From a virus, in the IMG/VR virus record IMGVR_UViG_3300012980_000004, positions 1-64,000 of that record: a stretch of DNA of 64,000 nucleotides. One strand, given 5' to 3'. How positions within the stretch are numbered: the stretch's first letter is position 1; the number at the start of each line of letters is the position of its first letter. The translations under genes and the position numbers were made by a program. The notes under the pieces were generated by a model. It saw only the letters and a program-made list of their open reading frames with translations. It ran no database searches and was not told the DNA's origin. Positions 50,207 to 58,976 of the stretch are shown piece after piece.

Positions 50207-50824
50207 ATGGACGCGAAAACGCTGATACTCACGAAGGATTATGCTCCTCACAAGATCGTAACCGGGAACCGCGCCTTGATGATGCTGTTCCAGGGCAAGA
50301 TCCGTGTAGTCGAGGAGTATGCGGGTACAGAGCATGTCATGGGCAAGATTGAAGTCGCTCGTCAGAGCGAGTTCAAAAATGTCGTGCAGGCTCTCGGAAC
50401 CCGCGCCGAAATAGGGAAGGATCTCCTGATCCGTCTCCCTTCGGTTGCATCCTTGATCCGTGGAGTAGGAAGCGTCAAGCGTGGTGTGAAGTTCTCACGC
50501 ATCAACGTCTTCACTCGAGACGGATTCAGGTGTCAATACTGCGGTGACCGCAAGAAGATGGCGGAACTCAATTACGATCACGTGCTCCCGAGGAGACTCG
50601 GAGGCAAGACGAATTGGGACAACATCGTCGCTGCGTGCTACGCGTGCAACAGCTTCAAGGCTGACCGTACGCCGGAGCAGGCAGGAATGCGACTCCGTAA
50701 GAGGCCGTACAAGCCGAAGACCTTGCCAATGCTGGGTCCTCGCTTCGACTTCAAGGAAGTCCCCGTCACCTGGCTCCCGTACTGCGCGAGCTACTTTGGT
50801 GAGGACGAGACCGCAGTAGCCTAA
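50207..50824 (+). CDS. HNH endonuclease (McrA-like)
   Basis: CQYCGDRKKMAELNYDHVLPRRLGGKTNWDNIVAACYACNSFKADRTP. High GC. Confidence 0.85.
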   Translation: MDAKTLILTKDYAPHKIVTGNRALMMLFQGKIRVVEEYAGTEHVMGKIEVARQSEFKNVVQALGTRAEIGKDLLIRLPSVASLIRGVGSVKRGVKFSRINVFTRDGFRCQYCGDRKKMAELNYDHVLPRRLGGKTNWDNIVAACYACNSFKADRTPEQAGMRLRKRPYKPKTLPMLGPRFDFKEVPVTWLPYCASYFGEDETAVA

Positions 50825-50828
50825 TGGT

Positions 50829-50850
50829 GGGGAGGGCGAAAGCCCTCCCT
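50829..50850 (+). terminator. Strong GNRA-capped hairpin after the HNH gene
   Basis: GGGAGGGC-GAAA-GCCCTCCC (8 bp). The downstream U-tract is poor. Confidence 0.4.
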
Positions 50851-50861
50851 GCTATGTTCAT

Positions 50862-50933
50862 CAGCGTGTAGCGCAGAGGTAGCGCGCTCCCTTGGGGTGG
50901 GAGAGGTCGGAGGTTCGATTCCTCTCACGCTGA
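50862..50933 (+). tRNA. tRNA-Pro(GGG)
   Basis: Acceptor CAGCGTG/CACGCTG. D-stem GCGC/GCGC. Anticodon stem CTCCC/GGGAG, loop TTGGGGT. Confidence 0.9.
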
Positions 50934-50960
50934 CCCGGTTTCATTATGTAGCGTTAGATC

Positions 50961-51530
50961 ATGAAAAAGCGGCGTATTAGTCTCCGCCAAAATGAGAAGC
51001 AAATTAAGCATTTGCGTGGACCCAATGGGTTTCGCTTATGTAGGTGGTGTCAGAAGGAAGTTCAGCCTCCTCGCAAGACTTTCTGCAATGATGAATGTGT
51101 CCATGAATGGAAGCTCCGTTCAAGTACCAAATATCTTCGAGAGCATGTTTATATACGCGACCTCGGGATTTGTGCTGGATGCAAAGTCGACACGAGGCAT
51201 CAAAAAATTCAAATAGAGGATTTGTTCAAAGAATGTGGGAGGAACGGGAAAGATCCTCGGTATGTGACATTCTTAAAGAATCTGAAGCTCACTCCACATG
51301 AGGCTCAGAAATCTCTTTGGCAGGCCGACCATGTCCGTCCTGTCGAGAATGGCGGCGGGCTGTGCGGGCTCGATGGATTCCAAACTCTATGCACTAAGTG
51401 TCACAAAAGCAAGTCGGCGGCTCAAGCAAGCTACCGCATCAATCCTAAAGGACTTGTCGGAATAAAGAAGGTTCGAGGAGCTGGGAAAATTGACGATATT
51501 CGAGGCATCAAGGGATTCAAGGGTGTATAG
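50961..51530 (+). CDS. HNH endonuclease
   Basis: DLGICAGCK...WQADHVRPVENGGGLCGLDGFQTLCTKCHKSKS. Confidence 0.8.
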   Translation: MKKRRISLRQNEKQIKHLRGPNGFRLCRWCQKEVQPPRKTFCNDECVHEWKLRSSTKYLREHVYIRDLGICAGCKVDTRHQKIQIEDLFKECGRNGKDPRYVTFLKNLKLTPHEAQKSLWQADHVRPVENGGGLCGLDGFQTLCTKCHKSKSAAQASYRINPKGLVGIKKVRGAGKIDDIRGIKGFKGV

Positions 51531-51536
51531 TCTAGA

Positions 51537-51755
51537 ATGGACGAACTACCTCCTATCCCTCAAGATCTAAAATCTTTGGTCATGCACATCCAGTACAGAA
51601 CTGGCCAAACAGACCAATCAGAACAGATTCGACGAGCGCTTAATCTTTACTTGAACATTTTTGATTTGCATTCTCAGGGCTTCCAGTTTGCCGTGTTCAA
51701 ACCAGAACCAGGGAAGATACCTGATATGCAGTTGGTGGAGGATTGGGAATTTTGA
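51537..51755 (+). CDS. Hypothetical protein (72 aa)
   Basis: ORF track. Confidence 0.5.
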   Translation: MDELPPIPQDLKSLVMHIQYRTGQTDQSEQIRRALNLYLNIFDLHSQGFQFAVFKPEPGKIPDMQLVEDWEF

Positions 51756-51756
51756 T

Positions 51757-51843
51757 GGAAGGTGCGCCCCACCGGGTGGGGGCCTGCTTGGAAAGCAGTG
51801 CGGGCGGCGAAAGCTGCCCGGGGTTCGACTCCTCCTCCTTCCG
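51757..51843 (+). tRNA. tRNA-Ser(GGA), class II
   Basis: Acceptor GGAAGGT/TCCTTCC. Loop TTGGAAA. Variable arm GGGCGGC-GAAA-GCTGCCC. T-loop TTCGACT. Discriminator G. Confidence 0.8.
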
Positions 51844-51847
51844 CTAC

Positions 51848-51932
51848 GGAAGCTAAACCGATCGGGGATCGGCGCTGTTTTGAAAACAGATGGGCCTCGC
51901 AAGGGGCTGGGGATCGAGACCTCTGGCTTCCG
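51848..51932 (+). tRNA. tRNA-Ser(TGA), class II
   Basis: Acceptor GGAAGCT/GGCTTCC. Loop TTTGAAA. Variable arm GGGCCTC-GCAA-GGGGCT. T-arm GGGG-ATCGAGA-CCTC. Confidence 0.75.
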
Positions 51933-51971
51933 CTATTCGTAAATTCGCCTCCCCTAGGCGTAAGTTTTTTC

Positions 51972-52505
51972 GTGGATAAGTTGTCTTTCGATGGGCCCAA
52001 ACCTTGCCCGGTATGTGAACATCTTGTGTTCTACAAGAAAGGTCGTAGGCGTTGCAGCCAATGTCGCCGTTGGTGTCATGAGAGCTGTTCCGTACCTTCA
52101 TCTAGAGCCTACGATTCCAGATCCGTTTGCCATGATTGCTTGGGCAATGGACATCTCAAAACATATCACCTAGAGTGGATCCTCAAAGACTTGGAACTTT
52201 GGGAAGATGCGGCTCGAAAAGGCGCCTTGGTTTATATTGCGTCGATTTATTTAGGACAAGACGAAGCCGCTATTGCAACGGTTGCTCGTTTGACCCCAGA
52301 AGAAGTATCAGAACGAGCCCAACACCTCCGCGATAGCCAACTATGGCTGCCTAATGGAAAGCTTGGAATGGACGATTTAGAAGCTATGGAAAACGATCCA
52401 AAAATCGCTTCCGTTCATATGATTCTCGGAGCTCTTTGCGCCGAAGGGCTTATCCGAAGAGAGATCGTCGATAGTGAAGGGAAATTTTCTGCGACTAAGG
52501 GTTAA
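51972..52505 (+). CDS. Cys-rich (zinc-finger-like) protein
   Basis: The track ORF begins inside two tRNA-Ser genes. First usable in-frame start after them is GTG 51972. CPVCEH...CSQCRRWCHESC...CHDC. Confidence 0.5.
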   Translation: MDKLSFDGPKPCPVCEHLVFYKKGRRRCSQCRRWCHESCSVPSSRAYDSRSVCHDCLGNGHLKTYHLEWILKDLELWEDAARKGALVYIASIYLGQDEAAIATVARLTPEEVSERAQHLRDSQLWLPNGKLGMDDLEAMENDPKIASVHMILGALCAEGLIRREIVDSEGKFSATKG

Positions 52506-52519
52506 TTGAAAGGTTTTCT

Positions 52520-52888
52520 GTGGCTAATTACCAAACAACGTCTGAGCTGATTGATCAACAGAAACAATGGGTTCAGGATACACACGGTAAGTGGGTCGGT
52601 CAAATTGAATGGTCTGATGTTGAATATGTTCAGACATCAAGTTTGAAACCGTCCGAGCTGAATAAGGACGGTATGCCTACGAACCCACCCTCTCCTGAAA
52701 AAGGACACCAATCCATATATTCTTCAAGTGAAGAGCTCATTCAAGCTCTCACTAACGCTCTTGAATGTGGAGAACCACTCCCACCATTGGTAGTTAGTGA
52801 AGTAAATGTACTCGATGGTCACCATCGTTGGATAGCAGCAAACCGTGCTAAGTGTGAGACTGTGCCTATTCTTAGAATATCTTTATAG
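52520..52888 (+). CDS. ParB/sulfiredoxin-fold N-terminal domain protein (122 aa)
   Basis: PPLVVSEVNVLDGHHRWIAANRAKCETVPI. Confidence 0.65.
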   Translation: MANYQTTSELIDQQKQWVQDTHGKWVGQIEWSDVEYVQTSSLKPSELNKDGMPTNPPSPEKGHQSIYSSSEELIQALTNALECGEPLPPLVVSEVNVLDGHHRWIAANRAKCETVPILRISL

Positions 52889-52905
52889 TTGCTACAATGG
52901 ATTTA

Positions 52906-52994
52906 GGAAGGTGAACTGGACAAGCGCGCCAGCACGGCTTCGAACACCGTTGGACGTTGAAATATACGTTGGGGATCAAGACCTCCGCCTTCCG
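52906..52994 (+). tRNA. tRNA-Ser(CGA), class II
   Basis: Acceptor GGAAGGT/GCCTTCC. Loop TTCGAAC (C31.A39). Variable arm GACGT-tgaaatat-ACGTT. T-arm GGGG-ATCAAGA-CCTC. Confidence 0.75.
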
Positions 52995-53366
52995 CTAAGT
53001 AAGATGAGTTTTGGCGTAGACTAACCATCTTTGAACATCTTGCTTCAAATCATCGATGGTTTTATTCGGACGATCGTCTGGAGAACCTTTCGGTTTGTCT
53101 AATAAATAGGTGACCTCGGCCACCCAGTCACCAGTATTGGCCATATTGAAAGGTTCCACAATGTCTTTGAATCCTCCGACAACGGTGAGAAGCCAGACCA
53201 AATTGTCTCGCTGATATTTATTGAGTTTGATAGTCCAAGAATCGGGTTCACCATTCTTATCTAGGCCAACTTTAGGCCTTTCGCATCCTATCTTGTGCTC
53301 GATAGGTTGGGTTGTTGAACCGGCTTCACACCAATGGCAATAGTACGTGGGTGAGGATTGAACCAT
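52995..53366 (-). CDS. Hypothetical protein (123 aa)
   Basis: ORF track. Confidence 0.55.
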   Translation of the reverse strand: MVQSSPTYYCHWCEAGSTTQPIEHKIGCERPKVGLDKNGEPDSWTIKLNKYQRDNLVWLLTVVGGFKDIVEPFNMANTGDWVAEVTYLLDKPKGSPDDRPNKTIDDLKQDVQRWLVYAKTHLT

Positions 53367-53386
53367 CTTGAACAGTACAGTTCTTT

Positions 53387-54175
53387 ATGTTAGACGGCTG
53401 CCCTCTCGTACTTGGTCCTGCACGTGAAGCTTGGATTCTTCAAGCCGTATTGGATGGGAAAGCTGAATACTCTTTTACTCCGATCATTGGAGCGTGTATT
53501 GGCCATAAGGGAACATTTCAAGTCTTCGCTGATGCGCTAAAGATCGACGGTATAAGAATCATTCTGAGTGCAGAAACACAGCAGAAAATCGCCGATGCGC
53601 TTGATTGTCTGCTTCTTACTCCGAAACTCGCGGATCTCATATTCTTGCAATCCGACGCTATCTTAGATCCAATGCCTCGAGCCATTGGAGATGGAAGCCA
53701 TATGTCGGATACGCAGTGGATGATCGATCAGAGCCAAGATATCGATAAAGCGTTAGCTAAGTTCTCATCTAAGCCTGCTCTCCCATCGACGCTGGGGAAA
53801 CACTGGTGCATTGACGAGAGTCTCGCAAAACTCCCTGTAGGAACCGCATGTAATTACGGCTGGCACTTTCGAGGCCCGAATTTCCAAGGCATTACAGGGG
53901 AAATCACTGCGAGCCAAGCTAAATGGACGAACGGCTCTTTCATACGACTCATTCAAGGCCGTGGAACTCGTCATGATATGCATCACTCGGACTATAGTCA
54001 GAACTGCATTCTAGTAGCCAGGAAATGTGAGATCGATGGCGTCGAGATGCAATTGGATGACGTCCTAAAAGATCCCGTCCTGTCTACAATAGTAAGCCAC
54101 CAGGGACCCATGACCGTGCTTCGCCAGCCGGGCGTTCCGGTTCAGGCTCCCCCAGGCGACGACAATCCTTATTGA
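53387..54175 (+). CDS. Hypothetical protein (262 aa)
   Basis: ORF track. No domain recognised. Confidence 0.6.
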   Translation: MLDGCPLVLGPAREAWILQAVLDGKAEYSFTPIIGACIGHKGTFQVFADALKIDGIRIILSAETQQKIADALDCLLLTPKLADLIFLQSDAILDPMPRAIGDGSHMSDTQWMIDQSQDIDKALAKFSSKPALPSTLGKHWCIDESLAKLPVGTACNYGWHFRGPNFQGITGEITASQAKWTNGSFIRLIQGRGTRHDMHHSDYSQNCILVARKCEIDGVEMQLDDVLKDPVLSTIVSHQGPMTVLRQPGVPVQAPPGDDNPY

Positions 54176-54867
54176 CTGTAGGTTGGGATATGGGGCTTCT
54201 CGAAGACATCAAAAAGCTTCCAGGATTGAAGCAGATGCTTATGTCCCGCCCTGACTATCAGAAGCTCGTCCAAGAGGCAAAGAAGGTCGGGACTGAGCCA
54301 CCAGCTGGTATTCGAATAGTAGAATCCAACATTATTCCACCCGGACAGATGCTGATCACGGAGCTGCCAGAATTTATCGGCCAAATACCAATCAGGCAAG
54401 AGCTCTCTATACTTCCAGACGACGATCCGAAATTTAAGGTGACCGGATGGCAGATGTCTGAACATATCGGAGTCGGGGTCATAAATCCCAAAAGTATTAG
54501 TGGGATTTCCATGGAGCGCCCAACTCTTATCTTCGAATGGCCTATTCCTGTTTTTCGAGGAATATGGCTCCGGACGTCGTACTATCAAGGTGCAATGTGT
54601 TTAAGCATGGTAGCTCAAGGGCCGATCCATCAAGATACGAAGATTGCTGTTTATGATGGGAAATTTGCCTTCGGTCCCAGTAATACTACTGGGTTTGATC
54701 ATGTATTACCTGACATGCTCCGAGAAAGCGTTTTGGCTTCCCATGAAGTCAAGAGTGCTTATCTTAATCAAAGCATCGCTGAGAATCTGGCGGGGGATCC
54801 TTTCTGGCAGCGATACATCGATGAAGTCCGAACGGTTTTCGAAGTTGCCCAAGTGATGCTGACGTGA
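54172..54867 (+). CDS. Hypothetical protein sharing a C-terminal motif with 14167..14694
   Basis: Ends ...GDPFWQRYIDEVRTVFEVAQVMLT. Alternative start ATG 54190. Confidence 0.6.
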   Translation: MTVGWDMGLLEDIKKLPGLKQMLMSRPDYQKLVQEAKKVGTEPPAGIRIVESNIIPPGQMLITELPEFIGQIPIRQELSILPDDDPKFKVTGWQMSEHIGVGVINPKSISGISMERPTLIFEWPIPVFRGIWLRTSYYQGAMCLSMVAQGPIHQDTKIAVYDGKFAFGPSNTTGFDHVLPDMLRESVLASHEVKSAYLNQSIAENLAGDPFWQRYIDEVRTVFEVAQVMLT

Positions 54868-55394
54868 CTGTAGCGATCTTCTGTGGTAGCCGAGAGTGGA
54901 CGGACCCTCATCCGATACGCGAAGCGTTGGCGCTGCTCCCTCCAGGCTCTACAGTGATCCACGGCGACCAAAGAGGTGCCGACATCATTTCTGAGGCTGA
55001 AGCCAAGGCGATGGGACATGATGTAATAGCTGTTCCAGCTGATTGGGAATTAGGGCCGCCTGCAGGTCCGATTCGCAATGAAGGTATGCTAAAAAGACTG
55101 CTTGCTGCAGCTCATTTCGGTCAAGCCGTTCGAACTTTCGCATTCCATTTCGACCCTCAGCTTGGTTCCGGGACTCGAGATATGGTGCAGAAATCTTTAA
55201 AGGCTCGAGTCCGAGTAAGTGCTTTCATTTGGACTGGTGGAGGGAATATTGATTGCTTCCGTTCTTCAGGTGCCACAGAATGCCCTCATTGCGGGACTGA
55301 GTATTGGCGCCATCCAGACATTACGTCAGTTTTAGACAAAGAGAAACGTCCTTTTTTGCATTTGGCCTGTGATGGCCGATTCTTGAAATTATGA
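54864..55394 (+). CDS. SLOG/DUF2493-like Rossmann-fold protein
   Basis: VAIFCGSREWTD...PGSTVIHGDQRGADIISEAEAKAMG...VPADWE...GPIRNEGM. Confidence 0.6.
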   Translation: MTVAIFCGSREWTDPHPIREALALLPPGSTVIHGDQRGADIISEAEAKAMGHDVIAVPADWELGPPAGPIRNEGMLKRLLAAAHFGQAVRTFAFHFDPQLGSGTRDMVQKSLKARVRVSAFIWTGGGNIDCFRSSGATECPHCGTEYWRHPDITSVLDKEKRPFLHLACDGRFLKL

Positions 55395-55395
55395 C

Positions 55396-55476
55396 ACCCT
55401 CGTAGCCTAGCGGATGAGGCACTTGTTTCCTAAACAAGGTCGAAAGACGACGCTGGTTCGAGTCCAGCCGAGGGTA
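55396..55476 (+). tRNA. tRNA-Arg(CCT) with 13-nt hairpin variable arm
   Basis: Acceptor ACCCTCG/CGAGGGT. Anticodon stem CTTGT/ACAAG, loop TTCCTAA. Variable arm GTCG-AAAGA-CGAC. T-arm GCTGG-TTCGAGT-CCAGC. Confidence 0.75.
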
Positions 55477-55548
55477 CTAAACTCACAGATCTCAGGCTGT
55501 CAAATTCAGTGCGTAAGTTCAGTGTCCTCGCTTGTAATGTAGCGGACG

Positions 55549-57801
55549 ATGGACATCATTTCTCAGCGCTTGCCGACTGATCTCAATCCTGCTCGTTTTT
55601 ATGCTCTAACAAAACTCCTGGCGGGAGTAACGGAGAGTGAAATCGTGGCATTCAATGCCATGGCAGCAAACGTAGAGGATCTAATCATAGACCTGGAGGA
55701 TAAGGTCATATCGATTGCTCGCACCAATAACTCGTTGATGCAAGAAGTCCGTCTAACCACACGACGCCGTCCAAGAGACGCCTTCGAGAGCGATGATTTC
55801 GGGCTCGAAGACCTTCGTCAGACGGCGAGCATGACCGGTTATTCCATGGTCGTGTTCCATGTTCTTGAAGAGCTTTATAAAGCATATCAAGATATTTATG
55901 GAGTCCTTCAGGACTTGCGACCCGGGACCCTCATGCTCTCAGGTACGGGCTTCGATATTCGTGAGTTGAATCCTTCCACAATTCAGATGCTGGCCTTTGA
56001 GATCCAGCTCAATAAAGGTGTGGTCGATAAATTCATCGGTTCGCTTATCCGAACGAGCGCGCTCAAGAAGCGTATTCATATGTCGGCTGAGAACATCACG
56101 AAGATGATGGATCAGTATATTCAGACGCTCACTCACCGTCACACGGTCGAAGGTATCAAGATCCATGGGGATCCGATTTCGACTGACATTGCGATTTCTC
56201 TCTATGAGAACATCGACGCTCATGGAGAGATCCAGGACGGTAAGAAGCCGGATGAACTATCTGCATACTCCCTGCGCAAGGCTCAGATCATTTGCGAAGG
56301 CATCAAGCAGGGAGAGCTTCGCAATTTCGTCCGCGATCCGAAATCTCTTTGCACTACCGCTGAATCACATCTCAGAGGGATGTGGGATGTTGCGCACAAG
56401 CTCGAGCAGATGATGGATGATCGTATTGATGAATTTTATACGATCATTGATCAGCGCAGGCCCAACAACCGAAAGGTCTCAGACCAAGAATTCAGTCTGT
56501 CTTTGCACACTATTCGAGAAGATCTCGACCCACTTGCTGTGCGATACAAGGAGAAATCGGTTCTCCTGACCTCAGAAGAACGATTCAATCTCCATTTCCA
56601 GAACGAGACGTTGGCCGAAGTATCGAGGCTCGTTCGAGAGTATTCGAAGGACTCCAAGAAGCTCGTCGATTACGTCTTGAACCGAAAGCTCGAGCTTCGC
56701 AACTACTTCCAGGATGAAAACTCGTTTTACGTCTGCAAGATCGGTTCAGGTAATCCATTCCTTGGGAGTGCTCCCGGAGAGCTCACGGTAGTTCCGGGGA
56801 CTCGTCCAAATGTCGTGCTGGATGAAATTATTGGGTCCGGATTCGCCGAGGTCAAAGATTTCATTAAGACCATCGAATCGAGCTCCAAATGGGCCGATCT
56901 CTTTTTGGCTACTTCGCCCAGCAAGACGACGGATAAGGCGAACGTGCTGCTCATCGGGCCAATGGGATGCGGCAAGACGGAAATCATGCGAGCAGTGGGC
57001 GGAGACCGGAAGTCGATCGGTATCTTCGCTCAGGGTTCGGACTTCCTGACTTGCTGGAAGGGCGAGGCAGAGAAGAACCCGAAGCGTTTGTTTGAGGCTG
57101 GCCTCAAACTCCAGAAGGAATCACGCAAGCACGTGCATTTCCTCATTGACGAGATCGATTCGGTTCTCAACGACGAAAAAGGAATCGGAAGCACGAATCT
57201 GACGCTCGAGTTCCAGATCCTCATGGATGGAGTGGTCCATTATCCGCATTTGAGTGTGTGGGGAGCAACCAACTCGCCTGAGCGTATTCCGATGCCGATG
57301 ATTCGACGCTTCAGCAAGGTCTTGGTTGTGGGCGAGCTCGATCAATCAGCTCGAGTGAAGCTGTTCAATCAGTTTCTCTCTTATCTGCCTCTTAGGTCCG
57401 ACTCTGCCTTCTTGAACTCAACGGAACAGGTATCGAAGTCGGTCGAAAAAGGTGCCCAGAAACTCGAGGGAGCTACTGGAGATGTCATTCGAAAGGTAGT
57501 GGATCATATTTGGCGAACCAAGATGACTTGGTTTGTCCAAAACCACAACGCGGAGGCTCAGGAGCTTCTCGATAGTCTCAACGATGGTCAGAAGTTCCAA
57601 CTTTCGGACTTCAACGAAGCGAAGCGAATCGCCTTCAAAGAGAAGCTCTCGAAATATATGGTTGTCAGCCCGGAGGATATCGAGAAGTCAGTGGATATTC
57701 ATCTGACGAACATCGCTGTCCACAACGAGATCGAGACCGCTAAGGAGACCTATGCGAGAGCCAAGAAATTCTTGAATTCTCTTGCTTCCGGAGAGGTGTG
57801 A
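55549..57801 (+). CDS. AAA+ ATPase with large N-terminal region (750 aa)
   Basis: VLLIGPMGCGKTEIMRA (Walker A), VHFLIDEIDS (Walker B), VWGATNSPERIPMPMIRRF. Confidence 0.85.
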   Translation: MDIISQRLPTDLNPARFYALTKLLAGVTESEIVAFNAMAANVEDLIIDLEDKVISIARTNNSLMQEVRLTTRRRPRDAFESDDFGLEDLRQTASMTGYSMVVFHVLEELYKAYQDIYGVLQDLRPGTLMLSGTGFDIRELNPSTIQMLAFEIQLNKGVVDKFIGSLIRTSALKKRIHMSAENITKMMDQYIQTLTHRHTVEGIKIHGDPISTDIAISLYENIDAHGEIQDGKKPDELSAYSLRKAQIICEGIKQGELRNFVRDPKSLCTTAESHLRGMWDVAHKLEQMMDDRIDEFYTIIDQRRPNNRKVSDQEFSLSLHTIREDLDPLAVRYKEKSVLLTSEERFNLHFQNETLAEVSRLVREYSKDSKKLVDYVLNRKLELRNYFQDENSFYVCKIGSGNPFLGSAPGELTVVPGTRPNVVLDEIIGSGFAEVKDFIKTIESSSKWADLFLATSPSKTTDKANVLLIGPMGCGKTEIMRAVGGDRKSIGIFAQGSDFLTCWKGEAEKNPKRLFEAGLKLQKESRKHVHFLIDEIDSVLNDEKGIGSTNLTLEFQILMDGVVHYPHLSVWGATNSPERIPMPMIRRFSKVLVVGELDQSARVKLFNQFLSYLPLRSDSAFLNSTEQVSKSVEKGAQKLEGATGDVIRKVVDHIWRTKMTWFVQNHNAEAQELLDSLNDGQKFQLSDFNEAKRIAFKEKLSKYMVVSPEDIEKSVDIHLTNIAVHNEIETAKETYARAKKFLNSLASGEV

Positions 57802-58188
57802 TTGGGGGCTGCGAGAAATAAATCCATTGTTCTTGGCTGGCCTCCCGGTTTCATAAATAATCCCGGCCGGAAGGCTGGAAAGTCTCAACCCTCTAAAGTC
57901 GTCAATGATCTCGATGAGTCTATCCGGCTTCTCAAAACCGGATGCAGAAAGTTCACTAAGCAGAAAAGACGCGATAGGATCTGGTTAGTTATCGATCACT
58001 CTCCTCATTGGAGAAGGCAAACAATGCCGCACCGGTATTCTGCTATTAGTTGGCCAGTCAAAACTGGTTATCCATCCTGTTGGGCTCGAGTGGGTTGGAT
58101 TGTAAATTCAGTCAGGTTCACGTCAAGAAGGCTTGCTCATCAAGAAGCCCAAAAATTACGAGGAATCTCAGAAATTATGGACGTTTAG
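57802..58188 (+). CDS. Hypothetical basic protein, open in-frame directly after the AAA+ TGA
   Basis: No ATG before residue 75. A TTG at the first codon has GGAGAGG 5 nt upstream. Ends ...RGISEIMDV. Confidence 0.4.
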   Translation: MGAARNKSIVLGWPPGFINNPGRKAGKSQPSKVVNDLDESIRLLKTGCRKFTKQKRRDRIWLVIDHSPHWRRQTMPHRYSAISWPVKTGYPSCWARVGWIVNSVRFTSRRLAHQEAQKLRGISEIMDV

Positions 58189-58196
58189 AGTATGTC

Positions 58197-58976
58197 ATGG
58201 ATGACGAGGAAGATTTCCGCATTAAGGTTCGGCCTACCCCAAAGCCGAAGACCAAAGATGTTCCATGGAGCCCCAAGCTCGTAGAGAGGGTGCGGAATAT
58301 TATTCTGACGTCTACGGATGACTATGTCCTCAAGGACGAGATAGCCAAGAAGCTACTCGCTCCGATTCATGATATTGGGCATTGTTTTTCTATTTTGGCC
58401 CGAGAGAGACTTCTAGAAGTTCGGCCTGTCCCTACCGATGAGATCGTTCGCGTGAACGGGGTTCTGGTTCATTGGGAAAACGGCAAATGGATAGAAGGGC
58501 GGGCTTCGATAGACCACTTGTTTATCGCTAAGCCACGACGGGGCATACGAAAGCGTTATGACACGCGCCAAGTAACAAGCAATCAGGAGCGAGCGAACAA
58601 GCGAGAGCGGGCGAAGTATTTGCGCAAGAATCCGCCTGTGGAGTCTAAATGGAACGGCCTGGCACATTTCATTGTCCGTGGAACCAAAGACTTCATTCGA
58701 GCCGCTCAGAAAGCAGGGCTCCCGGAAAACCCTGTTGCAGACTGGGCATGTTCGGGATGTCAAAGAATATTCCCGTACACTGAAACTTACTGCATCAAAT
58801 GCCAAAAGGGACGATTTCCGAAAGAGGAATGGGCTCCCGTCGTGGAAACTCCGAAGCCAACGTGTGCGCGTTGCGGCGGTATTGTTAAGATTCGTATGCG
58901 GCACGGGAAGAAATCCCCAGACCATGGTCTGGGGAAATGCAATATTTCCATGGTCGAAAAGATAATGGCAGACTGA
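58197..58976 (+). CDS. Protein with C-terminal zinc-ribbon/IMES-like module (paralogous to the 36267..36746 C-terminus)
   Basis: CSGCQ...CIKCQ...TCARCGGIVKIRMRHGKKSPDHGLGKCNISMVEKIMAD. Confidence 0.65.
   Translation: MDDEEDFRIKVRPTPKPKTKDVPWSPKLVERVRNIILTSTDDYVLKDEIAKKLLAPIHDIGHCFSILARERLLEVRPVPTDEIVRVNGVLVHWENGKWIEGRASIDHLFIAKPRRGIRKRYDTRQVTSNQERANKRERAKYLRKNPPVESKWNGLAHFIVRGTKDFIRAAQKAGLPENPVADWACSGCQRIFPYTETYCIKCQKGRFPKEEWAPVVETPKPTCARCGGIVKIRMRHGKKSPDHGLGKCNISMVEKIMAD

Noticed and set aside
51762-51971. N-terminal 70 codons of track ORF 51762..52505
   Set aside because: This stretch is occupied by tRNA-Ser(GGA) and tRNA-Ser(TGA). The CDS was restarted at GTG 51972.
54169-54588. 139-aa minus-strand ORF
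   Set aside because: It is antisense to 54172..54867, which is supported by operon orientation and by the C-terminal motif shared with 14167..14694.
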